This document shows positions 10,380 through 18,597 of a stretch of DNA of 56,296 bases, piece by piece. How positions within the stretch are numbered: position 1 is the stretch's first letter; every line of letters begins with the position of its first letter. The position numbers were made by a program, and so were the translations under genes. The stretch comes from Pseudomonadota bacterium (GTDB taxonomy: Bacteria; Pseudomonadota; Alphaproteobacteria; Micavibrionales; Micavibrionaceae), in contig CAUJHK010000068.1 in assembly GCA_963204715.1 (NCBI GenBank), forward strand, positions 1 to 56,296, written 5' to 3'. The notes under the pieces were generated by a model. The model saw only the letters and a program-made list of their open reading frames with translations. It was not told the origin of the DNA and made no database searches.

Positions 10380-10440
10380 TGCTGGTTCTCCTATCGCAAA
10401 TCCCTCTTTGAGAGGGCATTCCTTTTAAAATGGTGGCTTT

Positions 10441-10470
10441 TAATTTTTCAAGCTTTGAGCCATAAATTCC
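10441..10470 (-). repeat. fourth, degenerate copy of the toxin-tail core repeat
   Basis: The 21-nt core taatttttcaagctttgagcc (10441-10461) also occurs at 11006-11026, 11543-11563 and 12121-12141. It encodes (I)YGSKLEKL on the minus strand. No membrane-protein gene follows this copy. Confidence 0.7.
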
Positions 10471-10596
10471 AGATAGGTTCACCGCCATAACATTCAAATG
10501 TAAAAAAACTGGAATCAGGACAAATTGCCCATTTGGTTATTTGAGTACAGATAAACGCCGCACCGCCCCAATACAAAAAATCAATAATTAAAATCA

Positions 10597-10941
10597 TTAC
10601 TGTGTAGACGAATGCCTGAAAAGCATATTCATATTTTTTTTATACCAATAGTAACCGACATATGCAGCAGACAAAATGATTAAAAAGTCAAAAACAAAAT
10701 CAGTCCCTTCATGAGCATACATAAAATATAACCATGGTAAGTCCAAGATGGATTCTTGTGCTTCAAAATAATCTATTTTGTTATCGGAAGCTTTTAGAAC
10801 ATAATAAAAGAACGCCAAAAACCCATAGGCATGAAGAGTGCACGCACAACAAAACGCGTAAACAGGCCAGAAAGCCCTGACCCATTGCCATGAAAAAGAC
10901 TGGTGATAATGTTCCCGCAAACTAGCGTATGTTATCTTCAT
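10597..10941 (-). CDS. small predicted 2-TM membrane protein, paralog A of a candidate immunity family
   Basis: 114 aa. It shares SF(S/T)..W(V/L)..FWP.Y with the 11050 and 11616 ORFs and has aromatic-rich hydrophobic segments. ATG start. Confidence 0.6.
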   Translation of the reverse strand: MKITYASLREHYHQSFSWQWVRAFWPVYAFCCACTLHAYGFLAFFYYVLKASDNKIDYFEAQESILDLPWLYFMYAHEGTDFVFDFLIILSAAYVGYYWYKKNMNMLFRHSSTQ

Positions 10942-11041
10942 TTACGCCATTCCATTGAAACTTATGGTCTTTGATTGTTCCGCGTTCAAGTGAAACCTCA
11001 CCGTCTAATTTTTCAAGCTTTGAGCCGTAGATACTTTTGCA
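10922..11041 (-). repeat. orphan copy of the toxin 3' tail (39 codons + TAG)
   Basis: Translates to CKSIYGSKLEKLDGEVSLERGTIKDHKFQWNGVNEDNIR*. The toxin end reads KPFKIYGSKLEKLNGEVSLERGTIEDHKFQWNSVSERNLR*. It begins right after the paralog B stop. Confidence 0.8.
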
Positions 11042-11049
11042 CAAAAAAA

Positions 11050-11520
11050 TCAATGACAGAAAGGCATTGTATCTGTTTGATTACAAATCGCGACTGTGCT
11101 TATAAATTCGTATAAGTCGTATGTAAATTTCCAGTTCAAAACAAACGAAACAAGCATTATAAAAATGTAACCTACGGACGAAAAAACATATTTATATTTC
11201 TTTAGAATTAAAAAATAGAGACAAAATAAACAAGACAGGGCAATAAAAAATAACATAGGCCAGCTAAATACAAAATCAAAATTATAAATAAATATATCTG
11301 GAAAAAAAGTTGGATCATCTTCATTGTCCGTTAAAAAATAATGAAGAAAAAACAGGAAAGAGAACCTTTCCAAAAAAAATACTATCCAATACAAATAGAC
11401 TGGCCAAAAATGTTTCAGCCAGTCCAGTGTAAAAGAGGCACGGAAGTCAGATGTTATTTTAGCGTGAATCTGTTTCCAAGATAGGATTCCACCTAAACTT
11501 TTGATCCTTAATTGTTCCAT
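11050..11520 (-). CDS. predicted 3-TM membrane protein, paralog B of a candidate immunity family
   Basis: Shares FRASFTLDWLKHFWPVYLYW with paralog C. I use ATG 11520; the ORF track uses GTG 11538, which lies inside the repeat. Confidence 0.6.
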   Translation of the reverse strand: MEQLRIKSLGGILSWKQIHAKITSDFRASFTLDWLKHFWPVYLYWIVFFLERFSFLFFLHYFLTDNEDDPTFFPDIFIYNFDFVFSWPMLFFIALSCLFCLYFLILKKYKYVFSSVGYIFIMLVSFVLNWKFTYDLYEFISTVAICNQTDTMPFCH

Positions 11521-11602
11521 GCTCAATAGAAACCTCACCGTTTAATTTTTCAAGTTTTGAGCCCTGCACTTCAAAAGGTTTTGAATTAGGAATGTTTCGT
11601 AA
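11459..11602 (-). repeat. orphan copy of the toxin 3' tail (47 codons + TAA)
   Basis: Translates to LRNIPNSKPFEVQGSKLEKLNGEVSIEHGTIKDQKFRWNPILETDSR*. The toxin reads LRYIPGSKPFKIYGSKLEKLNGEVSLERGTIEDHKFQWNSVSERNLR*. It is bounded upstream by an in-frame TGA. Confidence 0.8.
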
Positions 11603-11615
11603 TCATTCTATCCCA

Positions 11616-12116
11616 TCATGTTGGAAAAGCACACAAGAGGGGCCAGACAGGCAAATCTGGGCAGACCAGTCTTTGATTTATAAACATATATACCCATTTT
11701 GAACAAAAACTGAATAGTGGATAGCCAAAAAATATACCTGTAAAATACAGATATGTTTGTAATGCTTGGCTATGCTTTTTGATCATTAAATAATAGCCAA
11801 CTTGTAAAAACGCTAAACACATTAAAAAATATATCAATATTTCAACTTCAGGATAATCTCTGTTTTTTGATGTCCAGGCAAAAACCTGAGATTTTCGGTC
11901 ATACGGCTTAAGGTGTTCAAAAAAAACATGCATACCTATAAGCGTTTTCGTAATACACGCTATCCAAAACAAGTAGGCTGGCCAAAAATGTTTCAGCCAG
12001 CCCAGTGTAAAAGAGGCTTTAAAATTCGCTTTTATTCTATCGCAAATTTCTTTCCGAGACAGAATTCCATTGAAACTTATGGTCTTCGATTGTTCCGCGT
12101 TCAAGTGAAACCTCAC
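11616..12116 (-). CDS. predicted 3-TM membrane protein, paralog C of a candidate immunity family
   Basis: 166 aa as called from GTG 12116, overlapping the last 80 nt of the toxin gene in another frame. No ATG lies near the toxin stop, so the true start is uncertain. Confidence 0.55.
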   Translation of the reverse strand: MRFHLNAEQSKTISFNGILSRKEICDRIKANFKASFTLGWLKHFWPAYLFWIACITKTLIGMHVFFEHLKPYDRKSQVFAWTSKNRDYPEVEILIYFLMCLAFLQVGYYLMIKKHSQALQTYLYFTGIFFGYPLFSFCSKWVYMFINQRLVCPDLPVWPLLCAFPT

Positions 12117-12684
12117 CGTTTAATTTTTCAAGTTTTGAGCCATAAATCTTAAATGGTTTTGATCCTGGAATGTACCTAAGCGCACCTAAGACTTTATCAT
12201 CTTTGTTATAATCATACACATCGTTAAAGCGATGATCGACAAGGCCATCTACCAAAACCTTATCGCCTTTTCGTGTCGCCTTCAAGGAACCTGTGGAGCG
12301 AAATTTAACGCGGCCTATCCCCAAACCTTGATCCTCATCAAAATTACGCAACCCCTCGGTAGCGCCAATATCTTGATCCCAATAATCAACACCGCCATCA
12401 ACGGCGGGATTCTTTAAAACAATAGACTCCCCATCCCGCAAACGTAGGATTTGGTCTTTGAAGGGGTGTTTTAGTCCATTCACCTCACCTTTGACCATGC
12501 TGTCTTCAAACCGCTTTTTATTATCAGCCGTCATGTAGCCATGGGGTTCAGGGGCTTGGTTAAGGTCATAAAGACCAAAGTGGCTTAATATTTTTTTGAC
12601 GCGCATTACATCGTCTGGGTTGTTTGTACGGTTGTTGCCCACATCAGCCTTAAGGATGCGGGAAGTCTGGTCAGAATTGGCCAT
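12037..12684 (-). CDS. 215-aa toxin-like protein: N-terminal peptidoglycan-binding-like module and a C-terminal domain with a weak colicin-M-like motif (hypothetical)
   Basis: ATG 12684 is preceded by ACAGGAG with a 7-nt spacer; the ORF track start at 12732 lacks an SD. No signal peptide. It is followed by the three membrane-protein paralogs, and its tail is copied three more times. Confidence 0.6.
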   Translation of the reverse strand: MANSDQTSRILKADVGNNRTNNPDDVMRVKKILSHFGLYDLNQAPEPHGYMTADNKKRFEDSMVKGEVNGLKHPFKDQILRLRDGESIVLKNPAVDGGVDYWDQDIGATEGLRNFDEDQGLGIGRVKFRSTGSLKATRKGDKVLVDGLVDHRFNDVYDYNKDDKVLGALRYIPGSKPFKIYGSKLEKLNGEVSLERGTIEDHKFQWNSVSERNLR

Positions 12685-12711
12685 GAAAAACTCCTGTAAA
12701 AGTGAAGATTT

Positions 12712-12750
12712 AAAAAATGAAAAAGCGCCCACAAGACGGACTTGGGGCGC
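12712..12750 (-). promoter_or_regulatory. GC hairpin plus T-run in the leader of the toxin-like gene (attenuator, or terminator of the upstream gene)
   Basis: The minus strand reads GCGCCC-14 nt-GGGCGC followed by TTTTTCATTTTTT. It lies between the candidate promoter and the SD. Confidence 0.35.
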
Positions 12751-12762
12751 ATACAGTGGAAT

Positions 12763-12791
12763 ATAATCCTATATATTTATAAAATTGTCAA
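12763..12791 (-). promoter_or_regulatory. candidate sigma70-type promoter of the toxin-like gene
   Basis: On the minus strand: TTGACA (12791-12786), a 17-19 nt AT-rich spacer, then GATTAT/ATTATA/TTATAT. Confidence 0.3.
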
Positions 12792-12887
12792 GGGCTTTGG
12801 GTGGGCCGTTTTTCTGGACTTGGCGTTGGATGGGGCGTGCCTTGCGCACTGGTGCATGCACAAAGACCTGCGCAAACATCTTTCAAA

Positions 12888-13274
12888 CTAATAGACATGT
12901 TCATCCCTTTCTATTCTGAACAGCGCGTTTTCAACGGACACGCCGCGTTGATTAAGATGGTAAAAAATAGCGTTAAATTTACCGTCCTCGTCTTTTTCAT
13001 TCACCACGCGGTATAACACCCGCGCCTTGGTTTCATGGCCAAGTTGCATCAGCGTTTTGCGGCCGTTCAAAAGCGATATCAGGTTTATGACTTTCTTTTC
13101 TGACAGCATAAAATCTTCAGAGGAATCCAAAACCGTATAATCCCCCACGGGCACAGGCTCCCCCGCCATATCGTCCGCATATTTCAAAACCATAAAGCCG
13201 CGGGGGTGAACGGGGCTTTTGGCGTAGGTATATATGGGCGAGGCCGCCTCTTGGTTAAAATCATTTGTCTGCAT
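12888..13274 (-). CDS. hypothetical protein, 128 aa
   Basis: An ORF at housekeeping-like G+C with no motif I recognise. It is divergent from ahcY and on the same strand as the toxin array, upstream of it. Confidence 0.5.
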   Translation of the reverse strand: MQTNDFNQEAASPIYTYAKSPVHPRGFMVLKYADDMAGEPVPVGDYTVLDSSEDFMLSEKKVINLISLLNGRKTLMQLGHETKARVLYRVVNEKDEDGKFNAIFYHLNQRGVSVENALFRIERDEHVY

Positions 13275-13363
13275 GCTTGGCCGTTCTAACTTGCAATTTT
13301 CGTCCCTAACCCTTAAGTCATAACGGATAATTCTTAAAAAACCTTAAAACGAAGGAAAAAACT

Positions 13364-14674
13364 ATGGCCGTAGCCCCCAAAACCGTTGAAAACGACTATA
13401 AAGTCAAAGACATCTCTCTGGCCGAATGGGGCCGTAAGGAAATTACGATTGCCGAAATTGAGATGCCTGGCCTTATGGCGCTTCGTAGTGAGTATGGCAA
13501 AAAACAACCTTTGAAAGGCGCGCGCATTGTCGGCTGCCTGCACATGACCATTCAAACGGCTGTTTTGATAGAAACCCTGCAAGCTTTGGGCGCGAGCATC
13601 CGCTGGTCATCATGCAACATTTTCTCCACCCAAGACCATGCGGCGTCTGCGATTGCCGCCACGGGCACCCCTGTTTTTGCTTGGAAAGGCATGAGCGAAG
13701 ACGAATATGACTGGTGCATTCACCAGACCATCAAAGGCCCAGATGGCTGGACACCCAACATGATTTTGGATGATGGCGGGGACTTAACGGCCATTATGCA
13801 CAAAGACTACCCAGACCTTATGAAAGACGTTAAAGGAATTTCTGAAGAAACCACCACGGGTGTCTTGCGCCTGTATGACATGGAAAAGAAGGGCACGCTG
13901 GCCGTTCCTGCCATCAACGTCAATGACTCGGTCACCAAGTCAAAATTCGACAACAAATATGGCTGCCGTGAAAGCCTGGTGGATGGTATCCGCCGCGCCA
14001 CAGACGTCATGATGGCTGGTAAAGTTGCTGTTGTTGCGGGCTTTGGCGATGTTGGCAAAGGTTCTGCCGAAAGCTTGCGCCATGCTGGATGCCGCGTGAT
14101 GGTCACGGAAGTTGACCCCATTTGCGCCCTTCAGGCCGCGATGGAAGGGTATGAGGTTGTCACCATGGAAGATGCTGCGCCACGTGCGGACATTTTTGTG
14201 ACCGCCACAGGCAACAAGGCAGTGCTAACCATGGACCACATGCGCAAAATGAAAGACCGCGCCATTGTCTGCAACATTGGTCACTTCGACAACGAAATCG
14301 ACACCCAGTCTTTGCGCAACCTGAAATGGCACAATGTGAAGCCGCAGGTGGACGAAGTGGAATTCCCCGATGGCAAGCGCATCCTGCTTCTGGCCGAAGG
14401 CCGCCTTGTCAACCTTGGCTGCGGCACGGGCCACCCGTCCTTCGTGATGTCATCCTCCTTCACCAACCAGACTTTGGCGCAGATTGAACTTTACGCCAAC
14501 GCAGGCAAATATGAGAAAAAGGTTTATGTTCTGCCCAAGCATCTGGATGAAAAAGTGGCTATGCTGCACCTTGAAAAGCTGGGCGCGAAGCTCTCTGTCT
14601 TGTCCAAGGAGCAGGCGGACTATATTGGCGTTGACCAAAAAGGCCCATTCAAGAGCGATGCTTACCGTTACTAA
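13364..14674 (+). CDS. ahcY: adenosylhomocysteinase
   Basis: 436 aa. Motifs [28 protein letters not shown], the [11 protein letters not shown]-binding loop and the C-terminal KSDAYRY. Confidence 0.97.
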   Translation: MAVAPKTVENDYKVKDISLAEWGRKEITIAEIEMPGLMALRSEYGKKQPLKGARIVGCLHMTIQTAVLIETLQALGASIRWSSCNIFSTQDHAASAIAATGTPVFAWKGMSEDEYDWCIHQTIKGPDGWTPNMILDDGGDLTAIMHKDYPDLMKDVKGISEETTTGVLRLYDMEKKGTLAVPAINVNDSVTKSKFDNKYGCRESLVDGIRRATDVMMAGKVAVVAGFGDVGKGSAESLRHAGCRVMVTEVDPICALQAAMEGYEVVTMEDAAPRADIFVTATGNKAVLTMDHMRKMKDRAIVCNIGHFDNEIDTQSLRNLKWHNVKPQVDEVEFPDGKRILLLAEGRLVNLGCGTGHPSFVMSSSFTNQTLAQIELYANAGKYEKKVYVLPKHLDEKVAMLHLEKLGAKLSVLSKEQADYIGVDQKGPFKSDAYRY

Positions 14675-14694
14675 TCACCCATATCTCCCTTCAA

Positions 14695-14722
14695 AACCCC
14701 GCGTCAATGCGGGGTTTTTTGT
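14695..14722 (+). terminator. rho-independent terminator of ahcY
   Basis: AACCCCGC-gtcaat-GCGGGGTT followed by a T-run. Confidence 0.7.
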
Positions 14723-14763
14723 TCTTTTATTTCAAGCTGCTACGACTGCATTATGCATAAACG

Positions 14764-14792
14764 TTGACAACTGACGGTAACTTGCATAAAAC
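14764..14792 (+). promoter_or_regulatory. candidate promoter with an adjacent 10-bp palindrome
   Basis: TTGACA (14764-14769), a 17-nt spacer, then TAAAAC. The perfect palindrome TTATGCATAA lies at 14751-14760, immediately upstream. Confidence 0.25.
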
Positions 14793-14824
14793 CGCGGAAT
14801 AAGTTTTAAAAAAGAGAAGATTTT

Positions 14825-15256
14825 ATGAGAGATACATATAACGAAAACGCGCAAAGCCAATTTGCCAAAGTCTATTTGACAGCCTTGCAAGCGATTGTCC
14901 GTTTTGATGAGGAACTGACAGGCACACGCTTGAACAAGGTTCGCGATATTGCGAAAGCCCTTGCCCATGACGACCAGTTACTGGGCGCAACAGCGGCAGA
15001 AAAAGCCATATTCATAGTGCTTAGAAGCAATAAAATTCTAGAACGTGGCGTTCTGTACGGTGATTTAAAATCAACGAGCAAAGCCCCGTGGATTAAAGAC
15101 CCCGTTGTTTTGGGCATGATAAAATCACATGTTATGTTGATGGGAAACCCAGAAGACAAAGAAGTCTTGCAGGACTTTTTGGCAAAGACAGAAGCCTTTT
15201 TTGGCAAAACCGCCAAACCTGCCACACCAGCGCAAAGAATTCTGGCTGTCGTATAA
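14825..15256 (+). CDS. hypothetical protein, 143 aa
   Basis: A clean ORF with a purine-rich stretch (AAGAGAAG) before the ATG. No domain I recognise. Confidence 0.5.
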   Translation: MRDTYNENAQSQFAKVYLTALQAIVRFDEELTGTRLNKVRDIAKALAHDDQLLGATAAEKAIFIVLRSNKILERGVLYGDLKSTSKAPWIKDPVVLGMIKSHVMLMGNPEDKEVLQDFLAKTEAFFGKTAKPATPAQRILAVV

Positions 15257-15308
15257 AACAATATCAAGGGGGATGACGAAGGCGTAAAGCTGCGTCATAC
15301 TCCGCTTC

Positions 15309-16145
15309 ATGAATGTCCTTCGTATCACTTGCATTGATAAGCCTGGAATTGTCGCCGCTGTGGCGACCACACTTTCCAACAATCAGTGCAACATTGAAGA
15401 ATCATCGCAGTTTTATGATCCTTTTTCAGGCAAGTTTTTTATGCGTGTGGTGTTTCGCGCGCTGGCCGATGGCTGCCTGAATGGCTTTAAAACCCGCTTT
15501 GATGAGGTCGCCAAAACCTTTGCCATGGACTACCAGATTTGTGATTTAACCGCGCCCGTCCCCACCTTGATTATGGTATCGAAAGCAGACCATTGCCTGC
15601 ACAATCTGCTATACCATGCCCGCACAAAAACCCTGCCCATTGTCATTACGGGAATTTGCTCCAACCACGATGATTTAAGGCCTTTGGCTGATGCTGCACA
15701 AATTCCATTCTACAAAATAAATATAAACAAAAACAAAGAGATGCATGAAGACGAGATTGCCAAAATTGTTGCACAAACTCATTCTGACCTCATATTACTG
15801 GCGCGTTATATGCAGATTTTAAGCGATGATTTCTGCAGCAAATTTTCAGGCCGTGTCATCAACATCCATCACTCATTTTTACCCGGATTCAAGGGGGCAA
15901 AACCCTATCATCAGGCCTATGACAGGGGGGTGAAAATCATTGGCGCGACGGCGCATTTTGCTACGCAGGAGCTGGATGAAGGCCCTATCATCTGCCAGGA
16001 TGTTGAACCTGTAAACCACAGCCATTTCCCCGACAAAATGCAGCAAATGGGGAGGGACATTGAATCCCGCGTTCTGGCACAAGCCACCGCCCTGTTTTGC
16101 GAACGACGCATCTTTGTCAACGGCACACGCACCGTCATTTTGTAA
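15309..16145 (+). CDS. purU: formyltetrahydrofolate deformylase
   Basis: An N-terminal ACT domain (CIDKPGIVAAV) and a formyltransferase core (INIHHSFLP.FKGA.PY.QA). Confidence 0.93.
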   Translation: MNVLRITCIDKPGIVAAVATTLSNNQCNIEESSQFYDPFSGKFFMRVVFRALADGCLNGFKTRFDEVAKTFAMDYQICDLTAPVPTLIMVSKADHCLHNLLYHARTKTLPIVITGICSNHDDLRPLADAAQIPFYKININKNKEMHEDEIAKIVAQTHSDLILLARYMQILSDDFCSKFSGRVINIHHSFLPGFKGAKPYHQAYDRGVKIIGATAHFATQELDEGPIICQDVEPVNHSHFPDKMQQMGRDIESRVLAQATALFCERRIFVNGTRTVIL

Positions 16146-16218
16146 AACACAATAAAACTGCAGCATAAAACTTATTGCTTTATTTCCGTCCGCCGTACCC
16201 GTAAAATTAACCAAGATT

Positions 16219-18504
16219 ATGAAGCCAGCCACATCAAAACCTTCTCTTTTCTCGCACCTTCTGGCGCCCCTGACGGGCGCGGACAGGCTGGCCGTGGAAA
16301 AAGCACGTCTGGAGGCTTTTTTGAATGCCTTCCCTGGCGAGTATTGTGGCTTTCATGAAGATGGCAGCGTGGCCTATAGCGAGGGATTTTGCACCCTTTT
16401 GGCCGTTGCCTCCATTGCGCGGATAGAAGATGTGCAGGCCGCACTCACCACCACGGATTCGGCCATTTTGGAAGGCGCGTTTTTAAAGCTGGAGGAGGAA
16501 CGAAAGCCTTTTTCCCTCAACGTGCAAAACGAGGCAAAAACCAAGGTGTTGCGCATTCGCGGCGCGGCAGGCACGGCCATAGACGGCAGTGACAAATTCA
16601 GGATTCTATGGCTTGAGGATGTGTCAGACGACGAAGACAAGCTGCAGCAAATTCGCCTTGGGCGAGAGGATGCTCAAAATCAGCTGGGTATTATGCGCGG
16701 CGGGTTGGAGCATCTATCTTCGCCCGTGTGGGTCAGGGATGCGCAGCATGAGCTGGCATGGGTGAACAAGGCCTATGCGGGGCTTTTGGGCACCGTGCCT
16801 GATGATGTAACGCTATCGCAGCTGGAAATTATTCTGCCCCAAAAGCCAGGTGTAAAATCACTAAAGGAAATGGCGCAGGCCGCGCTGGCCGAAGGCAAGA
16901 CGCAACAGGCACAATGCCATGTCATAGTGGGCGGCAAACGTAAATGGATGGAGTTTATAACCCTGCCGCTGTCAGGCACGCACCAGACCATAGGCTATGC
17001 CAGAGATATTACGCGTGAAGAGGAAATCCAAGGCACGCTGGACCGCCAGACCGCCGCCAACAAAAGCCTTCTGGAACAGCTCCGTGCGGCCGTGGCCATA
17101 TTCTCCTCCAACCAGACGATCGAGTTTTTTAACTCCGCCTTCGTCCATTTATGGGGGCTGGAGGAGCAATGGCTCAACGGCCACCCCAAGCTGGGGGATA
17201 TTCTAGAGAAACTGCGGGAAGGCCGCCGCCTGCCCGAACAGGCTGATTTTGTGAAGTACAAACAAGGCTGGCTAAGCCTTTTCACCAAGCTTATAGACCC
17301 GCACGAAGACATGATGCACCTCCCCGATGGCAGCACTTTACGGCTTCTGGTCATCCCCCACCCTATGGGCGGATTGATGATGACATTTGAGGACGTTACC
17401 AGCCGTCTGGCGCTGGAATCTTCATACAACACGCTGATAGAGGTACAAAAGGAAACGCTTGATAACCTCGCCGAAGGGGTAGTTGTGTATGGTGGTGATG
17501 GCCGTATCAAACTATGGAATCCTTCCTTTGCCACCATCTGGGATTTAAACCCCGAAGATCTGGAAGGACAGCCGCACATCAACAAAATTGTTGACAGCAT
17601 GAAAGATTTTTTTGCCCCAGACATATGGGCGGACAGCCGTAAGAGCCTTATATCGCAGGGTCTTGAGCGGCAGGAACAAGAGGGACGCATGACGCGTACA
17701 GACGGCGTACAGCTGCGCTATGCCTCACAGCCCCTCCCCGATGGCGGCATGATGGTGTCCTATTACGACATTACGGATTCCGCGCGCGTTGAAAACGCCC
17801 TACGGGAGAAAAATTCTGCCCTTGAAGCCGCCGAACAGCTTAAAACGGACTTTCTGGCCAATGTATCCTACCAGTTCCGCACGCCTTTGAACGCCATTAT
17901 GGGGTTTGCTGAAATTCTCGAAAACCAGTATTTCGGGGCTTTGAATGAGCGACAAAAGGAATATACCTCAGGCATTCGGGAATCGGGCGACCGCCTTGTG
18001 TCGCTTATTGATGATATTTTGGATCTTTCCACCATTGAGGCGGGCTATATGGAGCTTCATAAAGCCGACCTTGCTGTGAAGCCGCTTCTAGAAACTCTAT
18101 ACAATTTAACCTCACCATGGGCGGGTAAACAAAATTTGCATATAAAATTATCCTGTCCCTCAAATATATCAAATATTTATACGGATGAAGCTCGTATAAA
18201 ACAAGCATTGCTCAATATTATCCGCAATGCCATCCACTTCACTCCCGAATCAGGGAATATAGAGATTTCTGCCGAAAATTACGGGGACAGGGTAAAAATT
18301 ATAGTACAAGATAATGGCGTGGGCATAAAACCTGAGGATTTAGAACGCATCTTTATGCCTTTTGAAAAAACAGCGGCTACGAAATCCTCTCATGGTGCTG
18401 GACTGGGCCTTGCTCTGGTGAAAAACATTGTTGAACTGCACGGCGGCAGTGTTATTGTTGAAAGTAATGTGGGGACAGGAACAAAAGTGACATTAACATT
18501 ATAA
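16219..18504 (+). CDS. cytoplasmic multi-PAS sensor histidine kinase
   Basis: 761 aa with no TM segment and several PAS-like blocks. H-box FLANVSYQFRTPLNAI and HATPase motifs (NAIHFT, DNGVGI, GAGLGLALV). No adjacent response regulator. Confidence 0.85.
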   Translation: MKPATSKPSLFSHLLAPLTGADRLAVEKARLEAFLNAFPGEYCGFHEDGSVAYSEGFCTLLAVASIARIEDVQAALTTTDSAILEGAFLKLEEERKPFSLNVQNEAKTKVLRIRGAAGTAIDGSDKFRILWLEDVSDDEDKLQQIRLGREDAQNQLGIMRGGLEHLSSPVWVRDAQHELAWVNKAYAGLLGTVPDDVTLSQLEIILPQKPGVKSLKEMAQAALAEGKTQQAQCHVIVGGKRKWMEFITLPLSGTHQTIGYARDITREEEIQGTLDRQTAANKSLLEQLRAAVAIFSSNQTIEFFNSAFVHLWGLEEQWLNGHPKLGDILEKLREGRRLPEQADFVKYKQGWLSLFTKLIDPHEDMMHLPDGSTLRLLVIPHPMGGLMMTFEDVTSRLALESSYNTLIEVQKETLDNLAEGVVVYGGDGRIKLWNPSFATIWDLNPEDLEGQPHINKIVDSMKDFFAPDIWADSRKSLISQGLERQEQEGRMTRTDGVQLRYASQPLPDGGMMVSYYDITDSARVENALREKNSALEAAEQLKTDFLANVSYQFRTPLNAIMGFAEILENQYFGALNERQKEYTSGIRESGDRLVSLIDDILDLSTIEAGYMELHKADLAVKPLLETLYNLTSPWAGKQNLHIKLSCPSNISNIYTDEARIKQALLNIIRNAIHFTPESGNIEISAENYGDRVKIIVQDNGVGIKPEDLERIFMPFEKTAATKSSHGAGLGLALVKNIVELHGGSVIVESNVGTGTKVTLTL

Positions 18505-18597
18505 CTACCGCTTGTCTGGCCAGCCCTTAGATTGTCCAAAAGCTGACGGAAGAATAGCCAAATAGGCATAGCCGTAGCCAGCCAGTGTACGAGCTTG

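Noticed and set aside
10491-10596. A possible fourth immunity gene or further toxin remnant downstream of paralog A.
   Set aside because: There is no ORF of useful length and no similarity to paralogs A-C. Only the ~27-nt core repeat and an 11-nt atttgcgatag match survive, out of frame with each other.
12762-12767. A perfect TATAAT on the plus strand, suggesting a plus-strand promoter.
   Set aside because: There is no acceptable -35 at 16-19 nt spacing and no plus-strand gene downstream before ahcY's own upstream region. It more likely belongs to the AT-rich minus-strand promoter.
9000-12800. A mobile genetic element (IS, integron or prophage) carrying the AT-rich cassette array. I asked the same question for 46231-48428.
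   Set aside because: No transposase, integrase or recombinase ORF, no terminal inverted repeats and no flanking tRNA gene are visible. Horizontal origin is suggested by composition only.
13275-13363. Possible SAH riboswitch upstream of ahcY.
   Set aside because: The 89-nt leader is AT-rich. It lacks the GC-rich pseudoknot-forming segments I associate with the SAH element, and I could draw no convincing stem set.
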